Below, piece by piece: positions 8,762 to 17,673 of a stretch of DNA of 64,000 bases (position 1 is the stretch's first letter; the number at the start of each line of letters is the position of its first letter). The position numbers were made by a program, and so were the translations under genes. The stretch comes from a virus (taxonomy: Duplodnaviria > Caudoviricetes), in IMG/VR virus record IMGVR_UViG_3300024255_001563, positions 1-64,000 of that record, one strand, 5' to 3'. A model generated the notes under the pieces. The model saw only the letters and a program-made list of their open reading frames with translations, searched no databases and was not told the origin of the DNA.

Positions 8762-8909
8762 TTTTTTCTGGCGCTTTCTTTTTCTTTGAACCAAATGTAT
8801 ATTCAATATTTTCAGTAATAGCACCTGACTCGCAAACAGTAATTTTATTATTTTCTAGCCACTGCTCGATTAATTTTTTATCTTTGTTGTCTATTAGTTC
8901 TCTAGCCAT
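8751..8909 (-). CDS. 52-aa hypothetical protein (MARELIDNKDKKLIEQWLENNKITVCESGA...)
   Basis: Not in the ORF track; translated by hand. Fills the gap between kdsB and the gp62-like gene with overlaps at both ends. Confidence 0.65.
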   Translation of the reverse strand: MARELIDNKDKKLIEQWLENNKITVCESGAITENIEYTFGSKKKKAPEKNAK

Positions 8910-9567
8910 TGTTTTGTTTCCACCTTTCTAAATCTTGTGGAGTGTTTATTTCAATACCGTTAAAATCAACTTCTGTTACTCCTATTGTAACATCGTTTTG
9001 TATCCAGCGCAACTGTTCAAGTTGTTCTTTTTCTTCTTCTTTGTATTTTTTTAAATTTCTATAGGTTGCTATTTCTTCTAGTCTATAACCATAAACACCT
9101 AAATGATGATCTCCGTATTCCAGTGGGGCTCTGCAAAACCAGTGTGCAGTATCTCCATTATGAATCATCTTAACACTATTAGGATCTTGTTGATTTTCCT
9201 TAGACATTTTCGTGTATGCAGTCGAAACTGAATAATCGTCTAGTTTTTGCTCAACAGCTTTTATGATATCTAAAGTAATATCTGGCATATCTCCTTGCAC
9301 ATTTATTATTTTTGTAGCCGTTACTTGAGAGCCATCAGTAGCAATCGAAATGCGTTCAGTTCCATTTTCCGCTGGCTGGGTAAAAAAGCATAACGGAGAC
9401 TGATTTAGTACTTTTCTACTATCTGAAACTATATATGACGGATATCCAAATGATTGACATTTTTCCCATACATTCCTAATTAAGGTTTTTCCATTAAGGT
9501 CTGCTAACATTTTTTCAGGAAAGCGTGTGCTTTCTAGTCTAGCAGGAATTAATATTATTGTGCTCAT
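8902..9567 (-). CDS. kdsB: CMP-Kdo synthetase (3-deoxy-manno-octulosonate cytidylyltransferase)
   Basis: IPARLESTRFPEKML, NGTERI, INVQGD, DPNSVK, HHLGVYGY, LEQLRW and EINTPQDL motifs. Confidence 0.92.
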   Translation of the reverse strand: MSTIILIPARLESTRFPEKMLADLNGKTLIRNVWEKCQSFGYPSYIVSDSRKVLNQSPLCFFTQPAENGTERISIATDGSQVTATKIINVQGDMPDITLDIIKAVEQKLDDYSVSTAYTKMSKENQQDPNSVKMIHNGDTAHWFCRAPLEYGDHHLGVYGYRLEEIATYRNLKKYKEEEKEQLEQLRWIQNDVTIGVTEVDFNGIEINTPQDLERWKQNNG

Positions 9568-9579
9568 AAATTTTTCCCT

Positions 9580-10377
9580 TCATAATTCAATAGTTGTTAT
9601 TTCTTGTATTGTATATTGGTGTGCAATAATATCTCTAACAACTCCTTCAAAGTCTTCTAGTTTAAGCATGTTGGGACCATCGCTAGGTGCGTTGTCTGGA
9701 TCAGCATGTACTTCTATAAAGAAGTTGTTAATGCCCATAGCAGAGGCAGCACGAGCAAGACCTGGAACGTAATCACGATTACCGCCACTCGATTCCCCAT
9801 TGCCTCCTGGCTTTTGGACAGCGTGGGTAACATCAAAAACACAAGGTACATCGTAATTGTCAAGCATATACTGAAGCCCAGTAAAATCAACAACCAAAGT
9901 ATTATATCCAAAACTAGTACCTCTTTCTGTTATCCAAACTTCTTTAGCATCTTCTGTTTTTGAAAGGATACCTTTTACATCCCACGGTGCTAGGAACTGA
10001 CCTTTCTTAATATTAACAATCTTATCTGTATCACAGGCTGCTTGAATAAGATCTGTTTGTCTGCACAAGAACGCAGGAATCTGATAGACATCAACTGCAT
10101 CCTTAAACTGTCGTTCAATACGTCTAACCTGTACTGCGTCATGTACGTCTGTTAGCGTCTTTACGCCTAGCAATACTTTTAGTGCTAAAAAGTCTGTAAG
10201 CGTTGCTTCCATGCCTGCGCCACGTTTGCCTTTGATACTACTACGATTGGCTTTGTCAAAACTTGCTTTGAAGTAATACTCAATTCCATACTTGTCACAT
10301 ACACGTTTACACTCACGTGCAATCTCGCTAGACTGTGCTAGTGTTTCGTGCTGACATGGTCCTGCTATTATTCTCAT
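9580..10377 (-). CDS. kdsA: Kdo-8-phosphate synthase
   Basis: IAGPC, FKASFDKANRSS, QIPAFLCRQTDL, NIKKGQFLAP, ERGTSFGY, DVTHAVQKPG and IEVHADPDNAPSDG motifs. Confidence 0.95.
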   Translation of the reverse strand: MRIIAGPCQHETLAQSSEIARECKRVCDKYGIEYYFKASFDKANRSSIKGKRGAGMEATLTDFLALKVLLGVKTLTDVHDAVQVRRIERQFKDAVDVYQIPAFLCRQTDLIQAACDTDKIVNIKKGQFLAPWDVKGILSKTEDAKEVWITERGTSFGYNTLVVDFTGLQYMLDNYDVPCVFDVTHAVQKPGGNGESSGGNRDYVPGLARAASAMGINNFFIEVHADPDNAPSDGPNMLKLEDFEGVVRDIIAHQYTIQEITTIEL

Positions 10378-10386
10378 TTTTCTTCC

Positions 10387-10551
10387 TTAATAAAATACTA
10401 CCCACAGAATTAAAAGTATAACTGCCCATCCAAATATACCTAATCCATTGTTTCCAACTAAGCCTCTGCTTCTAGCACAGCTATAACAGTATCTATATTT
10501 TGCACTGCATTTATTACTACAAAAAAATGCATCGCATGTCTTTTTACTCAT
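10387..10551 (-). CDS. Small Cys-rich protein with a C-terminal TM helix
   Basis: C-x4-C-x3-C...C-x2-C followed by a hydrophobic tail; TAATG overlap with metK. Confidence 0.55.
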   Translation of the reverse strand: MSKKTCDAFFCSNKCSAKYRYCYSCARSRGLVGNNGLGIFGWAVILLILWVVFY

Positions 10552-11642
10552 TACCAGCCTATACTTTCCCATGGTACATCGTTGTCACCAAAGTGTCCAT
10601 ATGTACAATTTTCACTATAGTTAGTATAACTGAATAATCCAAATCTGTCAATGATTCCTTTTGGGGTCAGGTCAATTTCACGTTCGATAAACTTAGCAAT
10701 ACTAGCATTGTGTCCGTTTGAATCAACATAGATACTTGTAGGTTCTTTGACACCGATAGCATAGCTCAACTGGATATTGCACCAGTCTGCCATATTGTCT
10801 GCTACTACATTCTTGGCGAGCCATCGTGCCATGTAGGCGGCACTTCTGTCGACTTTGGTGGGATCTTTGCCACTAAACGCACCGCCACCATGAGGAGCAA
10901 AACCCCCATAAGTATCAACAATAATTTTCCGCCCAGTAACACCTGCATCACCGTCAGGACCACCAATAACGAAATTTCCAGTAGGGTTAAGATGCCATGT
11001 AGTTCTTTCATCGACTAAGTCTCCTAATTCTTCCATTGCGGCAAGTTTACAAAGATGCCTTGCTTCTTCTACGTTGCCTTCTGTGTGCTGTGTACTTATC
11101 ACAACTTGATCAATACGTTTGATCACACCGTCACGTCTAGCACCATAGTATTCTACGCTTACTTGACTCTTAGCATCTGGTCCTAGTATAGCACCACGTT
11201 TGCTTTTTAAGTTCTTTAGTATCTCATGGCTGTAATGGATAGGTGCTGGCATCATACTGGGTGTATGATTACAGGCATATCCGAACATCAAGCCTTGATC
11301 TCCTGCACCAAAATCGTCTGTGCCTAATGCAATGTCTCCACTTTGTGCGTGGATCTCATTATAGATACGCAAGTTGTCCCAGTGAAACCCATCTTGCTCA
11401 TAGCCAATTTCTTTGACTTTATTACGTACTATCTCTTTAACTTGATCTCCAGTTACGTTAAAGTTTTTTACTTCGCCTGCTAGTGTAACCATATTAGTAG
11501 TTACAAGCGTTTCAATAGCTACACGAGTTGTTTCATCGCCATTAGCAAGTCCGGCATCTACTAGTGCATCACTAATTTGGTCTGCAACCTTGTCAGGATG
11601 CCCGTCACTTACACTTTCGCTTGTAAAAATATAGTTGTTCAT
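10551..11642 (-). CDS. metK: S-adenosylmethionine synthetase
   Basis: FTSESVSDGHPDK, GAGDQG, DAKSQV, GRKIIVDTYGG and GGGAFSGKDPTKVDRS motifs. Confidence 0.96.
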   Translation of the reverse strand: MNNYIFTSESVSDGHPDKVADQISDALVDAGLANGDETTRVAIETLVTTNMVTLAGEVKNFNVTGDQVKEIVRNKVKEIGYEQDGFHWDNLRIYNEIHAQSGDIALGTDDFGAGDQGLMFGYACNHTPSMMPAPIHYSHEILKNLKSKRGAILGPDAKSQVSVEYYGARRDGVIKRIDQVVISTQHTEGNVEEARHLCKLAAMEELGDLVDERTTWHLNPTGNFVIGGPDGDAGVTGRKIIVDTYGGFAPHGGGAFSGKDPTKVDRSAAYMARWLAKNVVADNMADWCNIQLSYAIGVKEPTSIYVDSNGHNASIAKFIEREIDLTPKGIIDRFGLFSYTNYSENCTYGHFGDNDVPWESIGW

Positions 11643-11896
11643 TTGTTATCCTTTACCATGTAATAGGTTGTTACTAGCTTGTCCATTAATTTTTTTAGTG
11701 TAGTATTTTGTGTTGCTAACTGACACATGTTCTGCCATTCGCCATAGTCTAATAGCTCTCCTTGCGCTCTTGCAACAGCACCTGGATCTCCGCCTATAAT
11801 CCAACGAGGTATCTCAGGCTTGTCTCGATAATGAGCGTAAACAACACCGTTGCTACGCTCATATATCAATACTTCATTTGGAATCAAATTTCCCAA
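11639..11896 (-). CDS. Hypothetical protein
   Basis: 85-aa ORF with a TTG start; LIYERSNGVVYA motif typical of small phage proteins. Confidence 0.65.
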   Translation of the reverse strand: MGNLIPNEVLIYERSNGVVYAHYRDKPEIPRWIIGGDPGAVARAQGELLDYGEWQNMCQLATQNTTLKKLMDKLVTTYYMVKDNK

Positions 11897-11897
11897 A

Positions 11898-12557
11898 CTA
11901 TTTTGCCTTCTTAGCAGGTGCTTTTTTCTTAGCTACCTTTTTTGTTGCTTTTACTGGAGCATCACTTAACGTACCATTCATGTAACGTAGTAGTAACCCA
12001 TATGCTGGTAGGAAGATAATTAAGCCTACAGCAATCTTTAAGCCTGCTTGACTTGTTGCAATTTCCATCCAATTAGCAGCCATGTACTCATCTGCTGAGT
12101 TATTAAATGCTACTGCAAAGAATGTATAGCTGTCGATTATGTTTGCAACTACAGTTGACAACGCCGGAGCAATCCACCATTGCTTTGACCAGTTTTCTCT
12201 AAAGTACTGGAATACATATACATCAAGCATTGTACCTACTGCATATGCTGTTGCACTTGCAAAGCCGATACGCATTGCTACACTCTCCGGTGCACCTTCT
12301 GCTAGTACTACTGCAATACTTGTAATGATTGCAATCGGATATGCTGCTGCAATAGTTGCTCGAGCAATGTTCTTACCTAACATTCTAACTGTCAAGTCAG
12401 TTGCTAGAATAACTAATGGGAACGTAAATGCTGCCCAGGTTAATTTAATACCAGCAATCTCTACTGGAATTGCAACTAGTGCATTACTAATTGTGATGAC
12501 TACAACGTGCAATAGTGCAAGTTTTAGCATCATCTTCTTATCTATGTTTTTAAACAT
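11898..12557 (-). CDS. yhhQ: Queuosine-precursor (preQ0/preQ1) transporter, VUT/YhhQ family
   Basis: Multi-TM protein with ISNALV, TWAAFTFP..ATDLTVR, RIGFAS..AY..G..LDV, STVVANIIDS..FF..AF motifs. Confidence 0.88.
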   Translation of the reverse strand: MFKNIDKKMMLKLALLHVVVITISNALVAIPVEIAGIKLTWAAFTFPLVILATDLTVRMLGKNIARATIAAAYPIAIITSIAVVLAEGAPESVAMRIGFASATAYAVGTMLDVYVFQYFRENWSKQWWIAPALSTVVANIIDSYTFFAVAFNNSADEYMAANWMEIATSQAGLKIAVGLIIFLPAYGLLLRYMNGTLSDAPVKATKKVAKKKAPAKKAK

Positions 12558-12591
12558 TCTACTTCTTCTTTCTTGTTACGGTGTCTAGTAT

Positions 12592-12675
12592 TCAACGAAC
12601 AATGTCGTTGTGGTTATTCGAACCAGTGTATTTAGAAGCGACACCATCTTCTAAATTCTTAAACTGGTGAATTTT
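12592..12675 (-). pseudogene. Decayed duplicate of the 3' end of the cupin gene 13244..13597
   Basis: Reads KIHQFKNLEDGVA-SKYTGSN-NHNDIVR* against KIHQFEGLEDGVA-FELYWAEF-NHDDIVRR in the intact gene; no start codon. Confidence 0.75.
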
Positions 12676-12677
12676 GT

Positions 12678-13244
12678 TTACTCATTCAAATTCTCATTTA
12701 TACGTTTATAATCTACTTCGTTAAAACTTGTATTAAAACTAATAATTGTTTTACGTGTATCTGATTCTAGCATAGGGGATCTATGTATATAATGACCTGG
12801 AAATGTAAGTAAGCAACCTTCAGTGACGCCTTCAATTTCAATAATTTTATTTTTCTGAATATCGTAAAGTTGGGTTGCATAATTACCTTTAGGCAATTCT
12901 AAAAAATATACATTAGAAAAATTACAACTATGATGATTATGCCAACTATGAAAATCATTTTTTGTATACTGCTGAAACCAAAAGCCATGTATATAGTACT
13001 CAATAAATCCTAACTTATTTCCTAGTTCAGCAACATAAGGAGTTATAAGATTACGAAAATTATGTTCGTATACTCTTTTTACAGTATCGTCTCTACGATA
13101 ATCAAAATTACTAATGTTTTCAAAATCTGATTTAGATTGCTCAATTGACATCATAGAAATGTCAGTTAATATAACATCTTTATAATCAATATGTTTTACA
13201 ACATCATTGATATAATAATAATCAGATAATGGAAACACTTTCAT
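12678..13244 (-). CDS. 2OG-Fe(II) oxygenase (TIGR02466-like)
   Basis: WFQQY...HSWHNH..NFSNVYF, LLTFPGHYIH, RKTIISFN; visibly AT-richer than its flanks. Confidence 0.8.
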   Translation of the reverse strand: MKVFPLSDYYYINDVVKHIDYKDVILTDISMMSIEQSKSDFENISNFDYRRDDTVKRVYEHNFRNLITPYVAELGNKLGFIEYYIHGFWFQQYTKNDFHSWHNHHSCNFSNVYFLELPKGNYATQLYDIQKNKIIEIEGVTEGCLLTFPGHYIHRSPMLESDTRKTIISFNTSFNEVDYKRINENLNE

Positions 13245-13597
13245 TATTTTACTTCTGTGCCACTTGTACGTCTTACAATATCATCGTGATTAAACTCAGC
13301 CCAGTATAGTTCAAATGCTACACCGTCTTCGAGTCCTTCGAACTGATGAATCTTGCCTGGCTTAACTTGTGTAAAGTCGCCTGCGTTTAGAATAGTTTCA
13401 TCAACTAGTCCTTGGTCATCTTGCCATACACGCACAAGCATCTGTCCTGACTCTACATAAAAGCCATTCCATTTAAATTGATGTTCGTGTTCCGAGCATT
13501 TGTAACCTTTATTGAATTCAATGCGATGAAACTCTAATGCTCCGTTTGCATGAATCAACTCTGTGTTACCCCAAATTTTTCCTGCTTTAATTCCCAT
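13244..13597 (-). CDS. Cupin-fold protein (sugar isomerase-like)
   Basis: KIWG, CSEHEH.FKWNGFYVESG, VKPGKIHQF; start MGIKAG at 13597. Confidence 0.75.
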   Translation of the reverse strand: MGIKAGKIWGNTELIHANGALEFHRIEFNKGYKCSEHEHQFKWNGFYVESGQMLVRVWQDDQGLVDETILNAGDFTQVKPGKIHQFEGLEDGVAFELYWAEFNHDDIVRRTSGTEVK

Positions 13598-13611
13598 ATT
13601 ATTTCCTTTCT

Positions 13612-14118
13612 CTAAATTAAAAGTGAGTATTCTATAACTTCGCACTGTCTACTAATTTCTTTAATAAAATATGCGCACAAAGGTTTCTCGCCTGTTGTAA
13701 TAGGTACAGTAAGTAATTGTCCGTTTTTTACTTTCGGAAAGTACCATTTTACGTCAGAATAAAAATTTACAATTTTTAATTCTTTAAATTCTGTTTTATA
13801 ACTAGTCATCGGGTTAAACAAGAAGGCTTCGAACCCTCTATCATTTAAACTAGTTAATGGTAATATTTCTAAATCATTTCCACTTTCGCTACATCCTACA
13901 GCTACACTCCAATCAACTGGCATTGTAATTTCATGACCGTCTATCTCTAGTACCATCGCCGGTGCGCTAAATGATTCTAAAAAGATCAAAGGAATAAAGA
14001 AGAAATCTGGTTCTTTAGGATTACTATTATCAAGAACAGAAAATCTTATATCGTCGTCTATTTGTTCAGGTAAATCATCTAACTCAAAGCATTTATTTTC
14101 TAATGTTAATATTCTCAT
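13612..14118 (-). CDS. Conserved-type phage hypothetical protein, possibly a degenerate HINT fold
   Basis: Directly downstream of uvsW; beta-rich pattern resembles intein blocks but lacks the catalytic residues. Confidence 0.55.
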   Translation of the reverse strand: MRILTLENKCFELDDLPEQIDDDIRFSVLDNSNPKEPDFFFIPLIFLESFSAPAMVLEIDGHEITMPVDWSVAVGCSESGNDLEILPLTSLNDRGFEAFLFNPMTSYKTEFKELKIVNFYSDVKWYFPKVKNGQLLTVPITTGEKPLCAYFIKEISRQCEVIEYSLLI

Positions 14119-14121
14119 ATA

Positions 14122-15585
14122 TTAATTCCAATCCACTTTTTCTATTGTAAATGGATACTGCGCCTCTTTGTAAAACTTTTTACGCTGAGTAAGGTGCCGC
14201 TTCGCAAACTTACATGTTGATGTAAGGTCCCATATTTGCACGAAGTCTTTGTCTTTTGCTATTCTTACGCCTCTACCAATTGATTGAATTACTCTTACAA
14301 AGGACTTCCCAGGCTCCAAAAGAACCAAGTTAAAAATACGAGGAATGTTAAGACCCACGGCAGCAACTCCATAGGTTGCGATAATAACTTCATTGTCGCC
14401 TTCACGAATTGTATCATATGTTTCTTTCCTATCTTTTACTTTAACTGCACCGCTTACAAACGTTGCGTTGGGTATAAGTTCTGCAAGTGCTTCGCCAGCA
14501 CTAATTCTATCTACTAGTATAAGTGTGTTGCCTGTGTCTTTTATTGTGTTTAATAATTTGCCTATATATTCTAATCTTGCTGTGTTTGTTGTTAGATATT
14601 TTAATTCTTCTTGGTAGCCTGCATGTGCTACTGTATCTATTAATTGTACTACATTAACATGACATTGTGATAGTACACCTTTGTCTTGTAATTCCTTTGC
14701 ACTGATGTTACCGATCACAGGTCCTAACGAAGCGTGTATTGATTCAAACTCAAACTTCTCTTTGGGTACTGTACCAGTTAGTCCCCAACGTATGGGTGCA
14801 TTCCGTAGGTTGCGTGTAAGCAAGTTCTTGAGAACTTCTGCTTTGGCTTGGTGTACTTCGTCAACAATAATAGTGCTTACACCTTCTAAGAACTCAGCTA
14901 GTGATAACACTGCGCTTCCGTCTTTATGCTTCTTGTCCAAAATATTTAAGGATTGCCAAGTGCAAATAGTGTGAGTCTTACCTAACATCTTCCTGTCTCC
15001 GAAGTACACCCCTACATCGAGACCGCAGTTAATATAGTCTTCTTCTGTTTGTTCTACTAACGACTTGTTAGGAACAATTACTAAAGATCTACCATACGGT
15101 TCGCTTATGTGTGACAGCGTTGCTGTGGTAATAGTTTTACCTGCACCAGTAGCAATCTGTTGCAAGCTCTGTGGATTATTCAAAAAATTATTAATTGCTT
15201 CTACTTGATAGTCACGTAGAATAATATCTTCGCCTTCTGCTGGATGACCTTCTGGCCATTGTACACCTTGGTCTTTCCAGTATGTTTCTGTAACTGGCGT
15301 AAAGTTTAACTGTATCGGATGTCGCTTATCTTCAATGTCAACAATTTGTACTCTGTTCTTAGCAAGTACTTCTTGTACAACATCAAGATGATTAACATAT
15401 CCAGTGCCGCCGATTCCAAAAAAGGCAACCTTTCCATCCCACCGTCCTAGCTTGTACTGTGGCATGTGCTTTGCATACGGCACTTCAAACTTAAGAGCGT
15501 TTGCTAATTTTCGACGTACATCTACATCAAGTCCTTCGATCTTAATGTTTACTTCGTCTTCGATTATTAATTTACAAGTTGCCAT
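14122..15585 (-). CDS. uvsW: SF2 DNA helicase UvsW
   Basis: LRDYQ, ATGAGKT, DEVH, GLTGT, ATYG...GLNIP and QSIGRGVR motifs. Confidence 0.92.
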   Translation of the reverse strand: MATCKLIIEDEVNIKIEGLDVDVRRKLANALKFEVPYAKHMPQYKLGRWDGKVAFFGIGGTGYVNHLDVVQEVLAKNRVQIVDIEDKRHPIQLNFTPVTETYWKDQGVQWPEGHPAEGEDIILRDYQVEAINNFLNNPQSLQQIATGAGKTITTATLSHISEPYGRSLVIVPNKSLVEQTEEDYINCGLDVGVYFGDRKMLGKTHTICTWQSLNILDKKHKDGSAVLSLAEFLEGVSTIIVDEVHQAKAEVLKNLLTRNLRNAPIRWGLTGTVPKEKFEFESIHASLGPVIGNISAKELQDKGVLSQCHVNVVQLIDTVAHAGYQEELKYLTTNTARLEYIGKLLNTIKDTGNTLILVDRISAGEALAELIPNATFVSGAVKVKDRKETYDTIREGDNEVIIATYGVAAVGLNIPRIFNLVLLEPGKSFVRVIQSIGRGVRIAKDKDFVQIWDLTSTCKFAKRHLTQRKKFYKEAQYPFTIEKVDWN

Positions 15586-16768
15586 AATATTGTGAATACC
15601 TTCTAAGAGGACTAATCATTGTGTCTCTATAAATTATTAAATCGCATGTACTTTGTACATATGAATCAATATATCTATTTGTTTTACTACCAAACATTAG
15701 TGTTGTAATCGGGTTCCATTCATTTTTAATCATTATTTTTGGAAGTTTATTATTATTAATATACACTACTTTTGTAGTGTTGTCAACCCAATTATTAAGA
15801 TTTTTTTCTTTAACAAAACTATTAAATTCTGTCTGTCCTTCTTGTCTAAACAAAACCGACTGCTCTGCATTTAAAACAATATTTTTAATGCTATTATATA
15901 TTTCATATATCTGTGACTCTGCTGTTTGCTCATCTAAAATTACAAGCAATGGAAATCTATCTAGTGTGTAAATACATTCGATAATACTATCTATTGATTC
16001 AACAGTTGGATTAGACAAGTACGAAGTATCATCTCTATAAGCAAGTTGTGTAATTAAACTATTTGCTTCAAGTTTATCTAAATTTACTAATCCGTATCTA
16101 CGATGTCTATCAATTAATTGTAATGGCGAATATTCTTTAAATTCGTTAACAATATTGTCATCTACATTAAAAATATTGTTTTCAAAAATACAGGGTAAAT
16201 GGTCTAATGGATTATCTTTAATTTTCTTTAGTTCAAGATATTCTTCTATTAATGTTTTATCTATTTCAAAATTCTTTTCTAAAAATCCAGAAATTACATG
16301 CAAAAGCATCTGTTCAGTTTTTAAAAAATGATGTACATGGGAACCTTTTTCATGATGGTAAGTATCATCTGTTTTATAAGGAATATCATTAATGACCATT
16401 ATAAGTTTTTTTGCAAAAGGAAATCTTACCTCTAACCATTCTTGAGTATTATCGACTCCGTGTAAGGGTTTATTCATTATAATAGTTTTTATATACTTAC
16501 TACGATCTATATGTCTCAAAGGATTTCTTAAGGTTTGTACAGCATGATCAAAATTAATATTTTTTTCTATAAACTGATTTTTATAATTTTGCAGTTTTTC
16601 CTGCATTAAATTATATTGTCTATCAGTTAACGATGTACCTTTGAAAACCTGTCTAGCAATACTATACATAATTGTAGTATCGGTAGGATTTATTTCAATT
16701 TTTTCTTTTCCTTGTAAACCTGTAATAAGTTCAAGGAGATCTTCGATTGTAAAGTTTTTATCATGCAT
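15572..16768 (-). CDS. Hypothetical protein (398 aa, AT-rich)
   Basis: Long ORF with its own promoter; no recognised motif. Confidence 0.7.
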   Translation of the reverse strand: MHDKNFTIEDLLELITGLQGKEKIEINPTDTTIMYSIARQVFKGTSLTDRQYNLMQEKLQNYKNQFIEKNINFDHAVQTLRNPLRHIDRSKYIKTIIMNKPLHGVDNTQEWLEVRFPFAKKLIMVINDIPYKTDDTYHHEKGSHVHHFLKTEQMLLHVISGFLEKNFEIDKTLIEEYLELKKIKDNPLDHLPCIFENNIFNVDDNIVNEFKEYSPLQLIDRHRRYGLVNLDKLEANSLITQLAYRDDTSYLSNPTVESIDSIIECIYTLDRFPLLVILDEQTAESQIYEIYNSIKNIVLNAEQSVLFRQEGQTEFNSFVKEKNLNNWVDNTTKVVYINNNKLPKIMIKNEWNPITTLMFGSKTNRYIDSYVQSTCDLIIYRDTMISPLRRYSQYYGNL

Positions 16769-16773
16769 ACTAT

Positions 16774-16802
16774 AAGATAACTTATAATAGCATATTTGTC
16801 AA
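16774..16802 (-). promoter_or_regulatory. Sigma70-type promoter (probably leaderless)
   Basis: TTGACA-N17-TATCTT, then 5 nt to the ATG at 16768. Confidence 0.55.
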
Positions 16803-17636
16803 TCTATTTAATGGCAATCCGGCAGATATTTCTTCAACGGTAAACTCTGTCCATGCGTAGTCATTCAGCCATTGTGTTCTATCCGGCATTAGAGGCTGTT
16901 CAATATCATGTAAGAAATTAATGTCATTGCCTGCAGGGTAAGCAAGACTGTGGGTACTAACAAAAGCAGGCACACCCTCGATGATACTATGTATTCCCGG
17001 GTTACTCGAATAACTGATAGTAGCCCATATATTATTAAAACCCATGTCAAAATCATCGTAAGTGCCGTTAACATGTCGAGGCTCCTGTCTGTATACGTGT
17101 TTAAGACCACGTTCTATATGTTCTAATCTACAACGTGGATGTGGTCTAAATATTATAGGGCGGTCTGTGTGTTTGCGTATTTCGTCATAGGTGTTTAAGA
17201 ACCAATTGCTTATACTTGACATGCCTTGCCATTGTAAACTTTTGTTGTGCTGACCGCATATGAGAATATGTTTTCCGTCTGTGCGCCATTTCTTTGTTGA
17301 TAATCCTAATGAAAGTGCTCTATCATTAGTGCTATTGCCATCACCAAAATAAGCATCTCTATTAATTCCATTTAACCCTACCTTCCACGTTGTACCTCGT
17401 TTTATTCCGCCGACTTCTAGTACAATAACTTTACGACCTGTTTTTGTATAATAGTCCCAGATAGGCTTGTTGCCAGTCATGCGCCCGTTAAATAACACAC
17501 TCCATATTACAGCAACATCGGCATGCATATCACTTTCAGTTACAATATGTCCTGCGTTACGAAGACTTTTTTCAAAAGCTTCAAAAACAGGCTTGCTATT
17601 CATTGCACCATATTCTTTGAATAAACTAAATCTCAT
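16782..17636 (-). CDS. KpsS/KpsC (GT107)-like capsule-biosynthesis glycosyltransferase paralog 1
   Basis: ILICGQ, IIFRPHP, ISYSSNPGIHSIIEGVP, DRTQWLNDYAWTEFT motifs. Confidence 0.7.
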   Translation of the reverse strand: MRFSLFKEYGAMNSKPVFEAFEKSLRNAGHIVTESDMHADVAVIWSVLFNGRMTGNKPIWDYYTKTGRKVIVLEVGGIKRGTTWKVGLNGINRDAYFGDGNSTNDRALSLGLSTKKWRTDGKHILICGQHNKSLQWQGMSSISNWFLNTYDEIRKHTDRPIIFRPHPRCRLEHIERGLKHVYRQEPRHVNGTYDDFDMGFNNIWATISYSSNPGIHSIIEGVPAFVSTHSLAYPAGNDINFLHDIEQPLMPDRTQWLNDYAWTEFTVEEISAGLPLNRLTNMLL

Positions 17637-17638
17637 TG

Positions 17639-17661
17639 TTAAATACTCCAGTAGTATTTAC
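17639..17661. promoter_or_regulatory. Overlapping face-to-face late-type promoters
   Basis: TAAATACT-ccagt-AGTATTTA inverted repeat gives TTAAATA on + and GTAAATA on - between two divergent GT genes. Confidence 0.6.
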
Positions 17662-17673
17662 AAAGGATTCAAC

